Below are positions 26,536 to 35,847 of a stretch of DNA of 35,847 nucleotides, piece after piece. Below the pieces are notes generated by a model, which was given only the letters and a program-made list of their open reading frames with translations, was not told the DNA's origin and ran no database searches. The translations under genes were made by a program, and so were the position numbers. The stretch is from positions 1 through 35,847 of the forward strand of contig CAZGNQ010000002.1 in the NCBI GenBank assembly GCA_964527285.1, read 5' to 3'. How positions within the stretch are numbered: position 1 is the stretch's first letter; the number at the start of each line of letters is the position of its first letter. Source of the stretch: an uncultured Hyphomicrobiales bacterium. GTDB lineage: Bacteria > Pseudomonadota > Alphaproteobacteria > Rhizobiales > CAZGNQ01.

Positions 26536-29500
26536 TCAGTGTGCTGCTTCCCAGTTGTCTCCCGCCCCCGCATCGACCCGAAGCGGCACACTGAGTTCCA
26601 GTGACGGCGCGCACGCGTTCTCCATGACCTCCGTCACGGTTGCTACGGTTGCATCAACCTCCTCCTCAGGCACCTCGAACACCAATTCGTCGTGGACCTG
26701 TAGCAGCATTTTCGCCTTCAGATTATCCGCTGCCAGCCGGTCCTCCATGCGCACCATCGCGCGGCGGATGATATCGGCGGCTGACCCCTGGATGGGTGCA
26801 TTAATCGCCGCGCGCTCATAAAAGCCCCGCCGCGACGGATTGCTGGTGGCAATGTCCGGATAATGGATGCGTCGCCCGAAAATCGTTTCCACATAGCCAT
26901 CGCGCTTGGCCCGCTCCACAGTGGCTTTCATGTACGCGCGAATACCGGGAAACCGCTCGAAATAGCGGTTTATATATTCTCCCGCCTCGGAGCGCGGAAT
27001 GCCCAACTGGGCGGACAGGCCGAAGGCGCTGATGCCATAGATGATGCCAAAATTGATCGCCTTGGCCCGTCGGCGTACCTCCGACGGCATGCCTTCAATT
27101 GGAACACCGAACATCTCCGACGCGGTCATGGCGTGGATATCGAGCCCATCGGCAAAAGCCTGCTTCAGCGACGCGATGTCGGCGATATGGGCCAGAACCC
27201 GAAGTTCAATCTGGCTGTAGTCCGCGGAGATGAGCGTGGTGCCCGTTTCCGCCACGAAGGCGGTTCGGATTTCACGGCCCTCCTTGGTGCGGATCGGGAT
27301 GTTCTGAACGTTCGGATCGCTCGAGGCGAGGCGGCCGGTGCCGGCCGAGGCCAATGAAAACGACGTGTGGATACGCCCCGTCTCGGGATTGATGTAGTCC
27401 TGCAGCGCATCCGTGTAGGTGCTCTTGAGCTTGGACAACTGACGCCATTCCAGGACCGTCTGCACCAGTTGGCGGGCCTCGTCACCGATCTCCTCGTTGC
27501 CGGCGAGATCCTCCAACACGCCGGCGCCGGTGCCCCAGGCGCCCGTCTTTGTTTTCTTCCCGCCAGGCAGGCCCCATTCATCGAACAGGATTTCACCCAG
27601 CTGCTTGGGTGAGCCGATGTTGAAGCTCTTGCCGGCGAGCTTGTGGATCTCGTCCTCCAGGCCGCCCAACCGCTGCGCGAATGTGCCCGACAGGCGGGAG
27701 AGGATGTTACGATCCGCCTTGATCCCGCGGCGCTCCATCCGAGACAGCACGTGGACCATGGGCCGCTCGAGCCGCTCATAGACCCGCGCCACACCGGAGC
27801 CCGCGAGGCGCGGCTTGAGCGCCATCCAAAGCCGCAATGTGACGTCTGCATCCTCAGCGGCATAGGGCGTTGCCTTGTCGAGCGGCACCTTGTCGAACGT
27901 GATCTGCGATTTGCCGGTACCCGCGACCTCCTTGTAGCTGATGCACCTGTGGTCGAGCCAAATCTGCGATAGCTCGTCCATGCCATGCCCGTTGCGGCCG
28001 GCATCAAGCGCAAACGACAGGAGCAGTGTGTCGTCGATGGGGGTGACGTCGATTCCGACGCGGGCCATCACCTGAATGTCGTATTTGAGGTTCTGGCCGA
28101 TCTTGAGCACGGCGGGGTCTTCCAGAGGCAACTTGAGCGCCTTGAGCGCAGCATCCGCGTCCACCTGATCGGGTGCGGCTCCACCATTTTCCTCCCCGAA
28201 GTCAAGGCTCCCGCTGTCCGCAGCAGTATCGAGCTTGCCATGTCTGAGCGGCACGTAGCAGGCCCGGCCGGGCGCCGTGGCGAGAGAAAATCCGACGAGG
28301 CGCGCACGCATGGGATCGAGACTGTCTGTCTCCGTATCAAAAGCCACGCGTCCCAATTCGTGTGCTTCGTCGATCCACGCGCGCAAGCGTTCAAGCGACT
28401 GCACGGTCTCGTAGCTTTGCGTATCGATCTCCGGGCGAAGCACTGCCCTTTTGAGCTGAGCCTGCGCGCTGGCGGGAGACCAGTCGTCGGCGCCGTTGCC
28501 GGTCGGCTCGGCCAAACCCGAACCGGGTTCGGCGGACGTCACCTTGCCCTTGCCATCCGCCTGTGGATCGGTGGCAGCATCGCCCCCGAACGCACCCGGG
28601 GCGAGCACAGGGTCCGGCTCAACCGCATCGGCATCCACCTCAAAGGCATCAGCGACGCGGTTTGTGAACGTGCGGAACTCCATGGCCTTGCAGAACGCGA
28701 CAAGCTGTTTGCCATCGATGGCCGGCACGTCGAGCGCGTCGATCTCCACCTCCAAGGGCGTCTCACGGCACAACTCAACCAAGCGCCGGGAAATGCGGGC
28801 CTGTTCGGCAAACTCCAACAGGTTTTCCCGTCGCTTTTTCTGCTTGATCCCGTCGGCGGCTGCCAGCAGCGCCTCCAGATCGCCGTACGTGCCGATCAGC
28901 TGCGCCGCCGTCTTGATGCCGATGCCCGGGACGCCCGGCACATTGTCGGTGCTGTCCCCCGCCAGCGCCTGAACATCGACAACCCTCTCAGGACCGACGC
29001 CAAACTTTTTCTCCACTTCGGCTTCATCGATCCGCCGCTCATTGCCAGGCATGGGATCGAACATCCCCACCTGTGGCGCAATGAGCTGCATCAGGTCCTT
29101 ATCACCCGACACGATGGTGATTTTCGCTCCGCAAGTTCGCGCCTTCTCAACGTAAGTGGCTATGATGTCGTCGGCCTCATACCCGCGCACCTCGATGGGT
29201 GTCAGATTGAAGGCGCGGACGGCGTGGCGGATGAGGGGGAATTGCGGGATCAATTCATCGGGCGGCGCCTCCCGATTGGCTTTGTATTCCGGATAGATCT
29301 CGTTGCGGAACGTCGGATCCTTGTGGTCGAAAATGACGCCGATCCGCGTTGGCGCACCACCGTCCACCCCTTCTCGCACCACCTTCCAGAGCATATTGCA
29401 GAAGGTCATCACGGCGCCAGTCGGCACGCCATCGGACCGCGTGAAACTGCGGCCGCGGGACTGGGCGGCCTTGAACATCGCGAAGTAGGCGCGGAAAATA

Positions 29501-29640
29501 TATGCGGCGCCGTCGATCAGGTAGAGATGATCGTCCGACCCGAGCGGCGTTGGCGGGCGTTGCTGCGCCAGCGGTCGCTCTGTGCCGGGATCAGGGATGC
29601 TCTCGCGCAGGGTCTGCGCTGCCGAAGGGGTGTCGCTCAT
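26536..29640 (-). CDS. polA: DNA polymerase I
   Basis: 5'-3' exonuclease LIDGAAYIFRAY, GYEADDII, SGDKDL, GDSTDNVPGVPGIG; 3'-5' exonuclease FDTET; polymerase ADYSQIELR, AKAINFGIIYG, LQVHDEL. Confidence 0.98.
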   Translation of the reverse strand: MSDTPSAAQTLRESIPDPGTERPLAQQRPPTPLGSDDHLYLIDGAAYIFRAYFAMFKAAQSRGRSFTRSDGVPTGAVMTFCNMLWKVVREGVDGGAPTRIGVIFDHKDPTFRNEIYPEYKANREAPPDELIPQFPLIRHAVRAFNLTPIEVRGYEADDIIATYVEKARTCGAKITIVSGDKDLMQLIAPQVGMFDPMPGNERRIDEAEVEKKFGVGPERVVDVQALAGDSTDNVPGVPGIGIKTAAQLIGTYGDLEALLAAADGIKQKKRRENLLEFAEQARISRRLVELCRETPLEVEIDALDVPAIDGKQLVAFCKAMEFRTFTNRVADAFEVDADAVEPDPVLAPGAFGGDAATDPQADGKGKVTSAEPGSGLAEPTGNGADDWSPASAQAQLKRAVLRPEIDTQSYETVQSLERLRAWIDEAHELGRVAFDTETDSLDPMRARLVGFSLATAPGRACYVPLRHGKLDTAADSGSLDFGEENGGAAPDQVDADAALKALKLPLEDPAVLKIGQNLKYDIQVMARVGIDVTPIDDTLLLSFALDAGRNGHGMDELSQIWLDHRCISYKEVAGTGKSQITFDKVPLDKATPYAAEDADVTLRLWMALKPRLAGSGVARVYERLERPMVHVLSRMERRGIKADRNILSRLSGTFAQRLGGLEDEIHKLAGKSFNIGSPKQLGEILFDEWGLPGGKKTKTGAWGTGAGVLEDLAGNEEIGDEARQLVQTVLEWRQLSKLKSTYTDALQDYINPETGRIHTSFSLASAGTGRLASSDPNVQNIPIRTKEGREIRTAFVAETGTTLISADYSQIELRVLAHIADIASLKQAFADGLDIHAMTASEMFGVPIEGMPSEVRRRAKAINFGIIYGISAFGLSAQLGIPRSEAGEYINRYFERFPGIRAYMKATVERAKRDGYVETIFGRRIHYPDIATSNPSRRGFYERAAINAPIQGSAADIIRRAMVRMEDRLAADNLKAKMLLQVHDELVFEVPEEEVDATVATVTEVMENACAPSLELSVPLRVDAGAGDNWEAAH

Positions 29641-29738
29641 GGCGCGCACTATGGCCAAAGCGACACGCCAGTCAAAGCGTGATTTTGCCGGTCTTGGCGC
29701 AGGTGCCGCGCCACGTCGAGACGGTCGAAATCACCGCA

Positions 29739-30956
29739 TCAGATGAGGACACCTCGTTCACCCGGGTCATCCCCCACCGGGTCCGCCAGCAGCCCGCGCT
29801 GTGTTGCACCGGCGTTGGTCGACGTCTTGATATCGCTTGCAGGCAACCGCGCCCAGGCCGGACGTTCGAACAGGAAGCTCAGTCCAACGCGGGTGGCGAT
29901 CTGCCACAAGATCAGCGCGCCGAGCACGCCGGAGACCACAACGCCCACCTGGAGCGTCAGCGTTGTGGCATCGCCGGCTGGCAGAACCTTGATGCCGATG
30001 CTGCGCGCCGCGCCCGCCGGAATGAAGGCCGCTAGGTAGATGATGATGGAATGCCTTCCGCAAAACGCCAGCCACGGCGCGAGGTTGTGACGCGCGGCGA
30101 TGGCAAGCCAGCCGATCAACATCGCGCACCCCCCGAGGCCGAGCCCCAGCGTCACGCCGGGCCATGCCAGCGCATCGAACACGAAAGCCGTCGCCGTCAG
30201 TCCCGCCAGGATGAGGGAGCCAACCGCCAACGTCCCGATTGATCGCGGTGCGGCGTCCGCCCAGACCAGTATGCGCGCCGATACGATGTAGCCAGTGACG
30301 AAAAACACATACCGGCTCGTGAACTCATCGATCAGCTTCGACCCCGTCTCAAGATGGGGAATGTGGAGCAGCGCCGCCGCGATCCAGAGCAGCGAAAGCG
30401 GCACGGAAGACAGCAGCCGGGTGACGATGAAGAACACACCGAGCAGGTAGATGAACCAGAGCGGGCCGAAGGGATCGATGTAGGCGAGGAGATAGCGCTC
30501 CAGCCAAACGCCAAAATCGCCGCCGGAAATGGCGCCAGCCTTCAACACGAATGTGATCGTCAGCCACAGGATGTAGAAGTAGGCAAAATGCAGCCCCTTC
30601 CGATCCAGATAGTCCCGCCAGGGCGTTTCGATTGAGCGTGCGAGAAACAGACCGGCCACAAGAAAGAACAGCGGCATGCGGAACGGTTCCCAGGCGGCAG
30701 CGAACCAGACGCCCCAGTGTTCCGTCTGCCAGTTCTGGCCAAAAAGACCGGCGCCACCGCCGACGATGTCCTGCTCGATGGCCACCGCAACGTGGAGCTG
30801 GACCACAAGAATGATGCAGAGACCCTTGGCGTAGTCGATCCACGCTATGCGATTGCGGGACCCTGCTCCGGGCGCCGTGGCAGCTTCGTCGGATGGCCCG
30901 TGTGTCGGCGCCGCGCCCGCGATCGGTCGCTTGGCGTGCAATGCTTGTGCAGTCAT
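29739..30956 (-). CDS. Acyltransferase-3 family membrane protein (YcfT-like)
   Basis: RIAWIDYAKGLCIILVVQLH, FRMPLFFLVAG, LWFIYLL, GRHSIIIYLA; about 10 hydrophobic segments. Start uncertain. Confidence 0.85.
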   Translation of the reverse strand: MTAQALHAKRPIAGAAPTHGPSDEAATAPGAGSRNRIAWIDYAKGLCIILVVQLHVAVAIEQDIVGGGAGLFGQNWQTEHWGVWFAAAWEPFRMPLFFLVAGLFLARSIETPWRDYLDRKGLHFAYFYILWLTITFVLKAGAISGGDFGVWLERYLLAYIDPFGPLWFIYLLGVFFIVTRLLSSVPLSLLWIAAALLHIPHLETGSKLIDEFTSRYVFFVTGYIVSARILVWADAAPRSIGTLAVGSLILAGLTATAFVFDALAWPGVTLGLGLGGCAMLIGWLAIAARHNLAPWLAFCGRHSIIIYLAAFIPAGAARSIGIKVLPAGDATTLTLQVGVVVSGVLGALILWQIATRVGLSFLFERPAWARLPASDIKTSTNAGATQRGLLADPVGDDPGERGVLI

Positions 30957-31318
30957 GGCGGTGGTCCCCGTTGCGCGGTTGCTTCTGGCCCAGGGACAAG
31001 CAAAGCCAGTGCCTTGAGAGGTGGCCCGGCCGTGACGGGCGTTGCAGAGCGGCACACTTCGCCTTGCGGGGTTAACGGATGCCGCGGTCGTGATGCGCCT
31101 GTGAAAGGGCGTGATGCCCAGCGCACGGGCAGGACTGATGCACCGAGCAGGGGTTGGCCCGGCCGCCGGCAAAAAAGCCGAACATCGCGATTGCCCGCAA
31201 GCGCCGGCCAGACTATTGTGCGCGCTCGCTCACGGCTGGTCGGTCATCGACGAAGTGGCAGTGGCGAAGGCAGACGACCACCGCAGGGCCCCGTCGACGC
31301 GGCGAGGCCATCGCGCAA

Positions 31319-31395
31319 GCACCCGTAGCTCAGCTGGATAGAGCGCTGGATTCCGAGTCCAGAGGTCCAAGGTTCGAATCCTTGCGGGTGCGCCA
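31319..31395 (+). tRNA. tRNA-Arg(CCG)
   Basis: Full cloverleaf: GCACCCG/CGGGTGC acceptor, GCTC/GAGC D-stem, CTGGA-TTCCGAG-TCCAG anticodon arm, CAAGG-TTCGAAT-CCTTG T-arm, encoded CCA. Confidence 0.96.
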
Positions 31396-31494
31396 CCCTT
31401 CGATCCATCTCAAGTCGCGGGCAAGCGAGCATAAGGGATTGCCTCGTTCTTCGAACCTTGTCCCTGGACGGGTCAGATCGGCAAGCGATCTGCC

Positions 31495-31519
31495 GGTTCG
31501 AACCCTTGCGGGTGCGCCA
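31495..31519 (+). repeat. Direct repeat of the tRNA-Arg 3' end (att-like)
   Basis: GGTTCGAACCCTTGCGGGTGCGCCA matches 31371-31395 at 24/25 positions. Confidence 0.9.
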
Positions 31520-31913
31520 AGACGAGAGAGCTTCTTGCGGGTCTTGCAATGTGCTTGCGGCGGCAGAGTTCGTCGGCGGCGAAGTCGCGGTCGCCGTTCA
31601 TGACGCTGAGCGTTGGCTCGAGGCGTTTCCGACGCGATCCGATGCACGCTCAGCACGGCCGGCCGACGGTTTGCAATCAAAGCCCGATTTTCAGAAAAAT
31701 GCGCACCGCAAGGTGACGATGGTTTAGCCGCGATTCCAGAAATGCACCCACCGAAACTCGCGCAAACAGCGACACTCCGGGCGCAATCACCGTTGTCTAG
31801 ACGACAGAGCGATTGACATCCCGCGTCGCCGGTGGTGTCGGGCGTTCAGTCCCAACTCCGTTGGCGCAAAGCACCCACAGCGCGTTGCGCCCGTGCAAAC
31901 CGAGGCCATCGCC

Positions 31914-34481
31914 ATGTCCATCGAAACAACGGCACACAACGCACCGGTTGGTCGCATCTTTTACGTGGGCCCGAACGGCTCCGACGATAACGACGGCGCG
32001 CGTCACACGCCGTTCGCCACAATCGGCGCAATCGCAAAGGACCTCCAGCCGGGCGATACAGTCTATTACCTGGAGGGCACCTATCGAAACCCGACCTACG
32101 GCGACGGGAACATCTGGAAGGAGAGCCAGGACACCGTTATTCGGCTCAATAATGTGCATGGGACAGCAGAGGCGCCGATCACCATCGCCGCGGAGCCGGG
32201 CGCCGATGTGAAATTCCAATATGACGGCGGCGGCGCGGTGACGCTGCGCGGCAGCAGCCACATCATCGTAGACGGCTTTGATATGGAAGGCCCGGCCAGT
32301 TTCATTTCCAAAGAGGAGGCGCTGGATGCGCAATGGACCTATCGCGTGCCCGACAGTAATGGCGACTACATCTACAAAGAGCGCGATGACGAATTCGTTC
32401 GCGATGCGGATGGCCAGGTCATCAGTTCCGAAAACTTATCGGACATCAGCAATGTGGGCGCTGAAAAGCCAATCATGTTCACGGCCAATGCCATCTCACT
32501 ACCCAATGGATCACACAATATTACCATTCAGAACAATGCCATTCATCACGCCGCAGCCAATGCAATAGCGGCGACCGGGGGCAATGATTATATTTCCATA
32601 CTCAACAATGATATCTACAATAATACCTGGATCACATCAAACGGAACCCACGGCATCTCTTTCAAGTTCCTGGACAGCATCGACGACAACGATGATTTCA
32701 AGATTATTGTCGAAGGCAATCGACTGACCGATAACTACAATTTATTGGTATCCTGGGTGCCGACCAAGACCCTTGTGACCCGTCACATCGATGAAGCCAA
32801 ACCGCTGCACATTCAGGATAACAACGCCAGCACCGGCTGGGACCACGGCAGGATCCTGGTGGCGGACAATCTCGTCGTGCGCTCCGGCAATACGGCCGTG
32901 ACGGTCAACGACGCTGACCGGGTGACCATCGCGAACAATACCTTTGTGGATGGTGGATATATCAACACGCTGATCGCCCAGGACGCAGACCCCGACAGCC
33001 CCTATTTCCAGTTCTTCTCGCGCCAGTACGTCGAGGATGACAATGGCGACGGCATTCCTGACGGTGTCTCCGCCGGCGGTTTCAGGCTGGCCGGCGGGAA
33101 CGACATCGAAATCTTCAACAATATTGTTTCGCTGTCAGATCCTGACCTTCTGATTGTCGATGCCAGTGCCAGCGTTGACGCCACCAACACCACGGTCAGC
33201 AACAACATATATGAAGGCGGCAATGGCCTGCGTGTCCGCTCAGAGCGCGATACGCCAGGCGCGATATCGGCCGGCTTTGCGCAGGTCGACAACGTGGGCT
33301 TCACGGAGCCAGCCAGCGGCGATTATACGCTTTCGGCAGGCTCTGTCGCCCGCAACGCCGGCGTTGTCGTGGCCGGCATCGGGGCCGACATCGACGGCAA
33401 CCCCCGCAGCGACGGCCAGTTCGATATCGGTGCATTCGAATTCCAGCTGCCAAGCGCAACAATCATCGGAGATGACGCGGACAACGTGCTGCGCGGCACA
33501 CGGGAGGTGGATGGCATTGATGGCGGTGCCGGTGATGACAGGATCCTTGGGCTGCATGGCAACGACACGATTGCCGGCGGCGATGGGAACGATGAGATAA
33601 ACGCTGGCAGCGGTAACGACATCATCGATGGCGGCGCGGGTAATGATCGCATCTCTGGGCGGGGCGGCAATGACGACCTCACCGGCGGCGCTGGCAACGA
33701 TGTCTTCTTGATGGTGTCAGACGACGAGGGGCACGACGTTATCCGCGACTTCACGCAAGGTGAGGATGTCATCGACGTGCGCCTTGCAGATATAAACAGC
33801 CTCGACGATCTGACCATCGATACCGCGTCATCGCCCGGCGACACGGTCATTTCGTACGGCACGAGCCTGCTCACGCTCGCTGGCTTCACAGGTTCCCTCA
33901 ACCCGAGTGACTTTCTCTTCCTCAACCAGGGCACCGGCGATCCTGATGTTCTTCAGGGCAACAGCGCAGCCAACACCTTTTTTGGCGGTGACGGCGACGA
34001 TAAGCTCTACGGGCGCTATGGCGATGATGTTCTGAACGGCGGCGGCGACAACGACAGCGTGATCGGCGGGCGCGGCAACGATGTGCTCGATGGCGAAGCG
34101 GGCAACGATTGGCTCAACGGCGGCCAGGACGATGATGTTCTGGTCGGTGGCGTCGGGCGAGATGTGCTCTCTTCGATCGGCGGCAACGTTACGCTGACCG
34201 GTGGCGCGCTGGCGGCAGACGGCGGGGCCGGGGGCAGTCCCGGTGATGGCGAGCGCGACGTCTTTGCGGTGACCAACGCCCACGAACGCACCGTCACGAT
34301 CACCGACTTTGAACAAGGTGTCGATGTGATCAACCTGCGCTCGTTCGGCGTGACCGACCCTGGCGCAGAGATCGCCCAGACCGTGAATGGCGGCGACCGC
34401 GTGCTTGAAATCAACGATACGACAATCGTGCTGGACGGCCTGGCGGGCGTCACCCTCTCGACAGATGATATGATGCTGTAA
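31914..34481 (+). CDS. Secreted right-handed beta-helix (pectin-lyase-like fold) protein with RTX Ca-binding repeats, probable type I secretion substrate
   Basis: FYVGPNGSDDNDG...PFATI...LQPGDTVYYLEGTY (DUF1565/PL9-like start), Asn/Ile-rich repeats, DIDGNPR..FDIGAFE, two blocks of GGxGxDxL nonapeptides each followed by a D.I.DF.QG.D.I.L-type cap; no signal peptide; SD GAGG. Confidence 0.85.
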   Translation: MSIETTAHNAPVGRIFYVGPNGSDDNDGARHTPFATIGAIAKDLQPGDTVYYLEGTYRNPTYGDGNIWKESQDTVIRLNNVHGTAEAPITIAAEPGADVKFQYDGGGAVTLRGSSHIIVDGFDMEGPASFISKEEALDAQWTYRVPDSNGDYIYKERDDEFVRDADGQVISSENLSDISNVGAEKPIMFTANAISLPNGSHNITIQNNAIHHAAANAIAATGGNDYISILNNDIYNNTWITSNGTHGISFKFLDSIDDNDDFKIIVEGNRLTDNYNLLVSWVPTKTLVTRHIDEAKPLHIQDNNASTGWDHGRILVADNLVVRSGNTAVTVNDADRVTIANNTFVDGGYINTLIAQDADPDSPYFQFFSRQYVEDDNGDGIPDGVSAGGFRLAGGNDIEIFNNIVSLSDPDLLIVDASASVDATNTTVSNNIYEGGNGLRVRSERDTPGAISAGFAQVDNVGFTEPASGDYTLSAGSVARNAGVVVAGIGADIDGNPRSDGQFDIGAFEFQLPSATIIGDDADNVLRGTREVDGIDGGAGDDRILGLHGNDTIAGGDGNDEINAGSGNDIIDGGAGNDRISGRGGNDDLTGGAGNDVFLMVSDDEGHDVIRDFTQGEDVIDVRLADINSLDDLTIDTASSPGDTVISYGTSLLTLAGFTGSLNPSDFLFLNQGTGDPDVLQGNSAANTFFGGDGDDKLYGRYGDDVLNGGGDNDSVIGGRGNDVLDGEAGNDWLNGGQDDDVLVGGVGRDVLSSIGGNVTLTGGALAADGGAGGSPGDGERDVFAVTNAHERTVTITDFEQGVDVINLRSFGVTDPGAEIAQTVNGGDRVLEINDTTIVLDGLAGVTLSTDDMML

Positions 34482-34655
34482 ACGGTGTCCCAGGCAGGCG
34501 GAGCACGGATCAGCCACTGCGACCACCCGCCTGACCGCCATCACGCCCGCACACCCCAACGTGAGGGCGCCGATCGTCGCGTTGCAGTGCAACATCGGCA
34601 AGGGTACGAGACGACTTGTGCCGTCGTTCAACCTCCCGCCGGAGCCGCCTCGCCC

Positions 34656-35060
34656 ATGGCCACCACACATGACGATCCGCGGCCGCTTTCGCCGCACCTG
34701 CAGATCTACCGCCCACTCATCAACATGGTCATGTCGATCATGCACCGGATCACGGGCGTTGCACTTTACGTGGGCACGCTGCTGCTGGCGGCGTGGCTGA
34801 TCTGCCTGGCAAGCGGGCCGGCGGCCTATGGCACGTTCATGGACATCGCCGGCTCCATCCCGGGCCAGATCGTCCTGTTCGGTTACACCTGGGCGATGTT
34901 GCACCACATGCTGGGCGGCGTGCGCCATTTCATCTGGGACACGGGCCGCGGCTTTGATCTGCCCACGGTCAACGCGCTCTCCTACGCCACCATCATCGGC
35001 TCGATTGTGTTGACGCTCGCCGTCTGGGCGCTCGCCTATTCCGTGAAAGGTTTGCTGTGA
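34656..35060 (+). CDS. sdhC: Succinate dehydrogenase cytochrome b556 subunit
   Basis: RPLSPHLQIYR, SIMHRITG, HHMLGGVRHFIWDTG. Confidence 0.96.
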   Translation: MATTHDDPRPLSPHLQIYRPLINMVMSIMHRITGVALYVGTLLLAAWLICLASGPAAYGTFMDIAGSIPGQIVLFGYTWAMLHHMLGGVRHFIWDTGRGFDLPTVNALSYATIIGSIVLTLAVWALAYSVKGLL

Positions 35061-35455
35061 TGGCGCACTCGACCTCTTCCATGCGCACGCCACTTGGCAA
35101 AGTGCGCGGTCTTGGTTCGGCGCGCGAAGGCGCTGAACACTTCTGGATGCAGCGGGTGACCGCAGTGGCCAACCTGGTGCTGGTCATCTTCCTGATGGCG
35201 CTCGTCGTCAGCCTGATCGGAACGGACTATGCGACAGCACGTCAGGCCATCGGATCTCCGTTGATTGCCGTTCCCATGATACTGTTGGTGTTATCGGGGA
35301 CCTATCACATGCGGTTGGGCATGCAGGTGGTGATCGAGGACTATGTGTTGGGCGAAGGCAGCAAGCTGATGCTGTTGATGCTCAACACATTTTTCGCGCT
35401 CGTCATTGGCCTCGTCAGCATCTTCTCGATCCTGAAGCTGAGCTTTGGGGCCTGA
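35060..35455 (+). CDS. sdhD: Succinate dehydrogenase hydrophobic anchor subunit
   Basis: TPLGKVRGLGSAREGAEHFWMQRVTA, HMRLGMQVVIEDY; TGATG overlap with sdhC. Confidence 0.96.
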   Translation: MAHSTSSMRTPLGKVRGLGSAREGAEHFWMQRVTAVANLVLVIFLMALVVSLIGTDYATARQAIGSPLIAVPMILLVLSGTYHMRLGMQVVIEDYVLGEGSKLMLLMLNTFFALVIGLVSIFSILKLSFGA

Positions 35456-35576
35456 TCCGAACAGCGCATCGGCGCGTCGATGATCTATCGCCGCGCAACC
35501 GAAACCGGCCTGGCTGCTGCTCATCACGATGACCAAGCGCCGGCCAGCATTGGACCTGCAACGGGGACCACAGACC

Positions 35577-35847
35577 ATGAGTGCAGCAAACGGGCATTCG
35601 AACGGAGCGGCCAACGGCAACGGTCACGCCAACGGGATGACGAACCCGCTGAGCGGTCGCGCCTATCCGATCACGACCCACTATTATGATGTTGTCGTCG
35701 TCGGGGCCGGTGGCTCAGGTTTGAGGGCAACCTTCGGCGCGGCGCAACAGGGGCTGCGCACCGCGTGCATCACCAAGGTCTTCCCGACGCGGACGCACAC
35801 CGTTGCCGCCCAAGGCGGCATCGCGGCATCCCTCGGCAACATGGGGC
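35577..35847 (+). CDS. sdhA: Succinate dehydrogenase flavoprotein subunit (3'-truncated; absent from ORF track)
   Basis: Manual translation: [10 protein letters not shown]...[15 protein letters not shown]...[29 protein letters not shown]. Confidence 0.95.
   Translation, partial: MSAANGHSNGAANGNGHANGMTNPLSGRAYPITTHYYDVVVVGAGGSGLRATFGAAQQGLRTACITKVFPTRTHTVAAQGGIAASLGNMG

Noticed and set aside
31813-31818. TTGACA upstream of the RTX gene as a promoter
   Set aside because: No plausible -10 element at 16-18 nt spacing.
33480-34170. Periodic GGCGGC/AACGA repeats as a possible CRISPR or tandem array
   Set aside because: Explained by RTX nonapeptide coding; no identical repeat-spacer structure and no cas genes.

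Overview
High-GC chromosomal window from an alphaproteobacterium, most likely Hyphomicrobiales (inferred from gene content and order). Most of it is core genome: the end of the 2-oxoglutarate dehydrogenase operon (sucA partial, sucB, lpdA), xerC, the conserved divL-tsaE/amgK/murU-addB-addA-trxA block, polA, tRNA-Arg(CCG) and the start of sdhCDA. Accessory genes sit between these blocks: a lower-GC two-gene cassette after lpdA (2TM-coiled-coil-GAF protein plus a 66-aa ORF), a secreted caspase-SPOR protein, a CYTH-CHAD protein, a TraB/GumN protein, an acyltransferase-3 protein and an RTX-tailed beta-helix protein. The most notable observations are: (i) the orphan 2TM-GAF plus small-ORF cassette, whose architecture resembles nucleotide-sensing membrane effectors of anti-phage systems (hypothesis only); (ii) TsaE, AmgK and MurU encoded as one uninterrupted polypeptide; (iii) a 25-bp duplicate of the tRNA-Arg 3' end 99 bp downstream of the tRNA; (iv) a possible 152-aa N-terminal extension of LpdA; (v) a CtrA-like box between xerC and divL. 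No CRISPR array, rRNA, transposase or phage genes were seen. All calls come from manual motif recognition without database searches.
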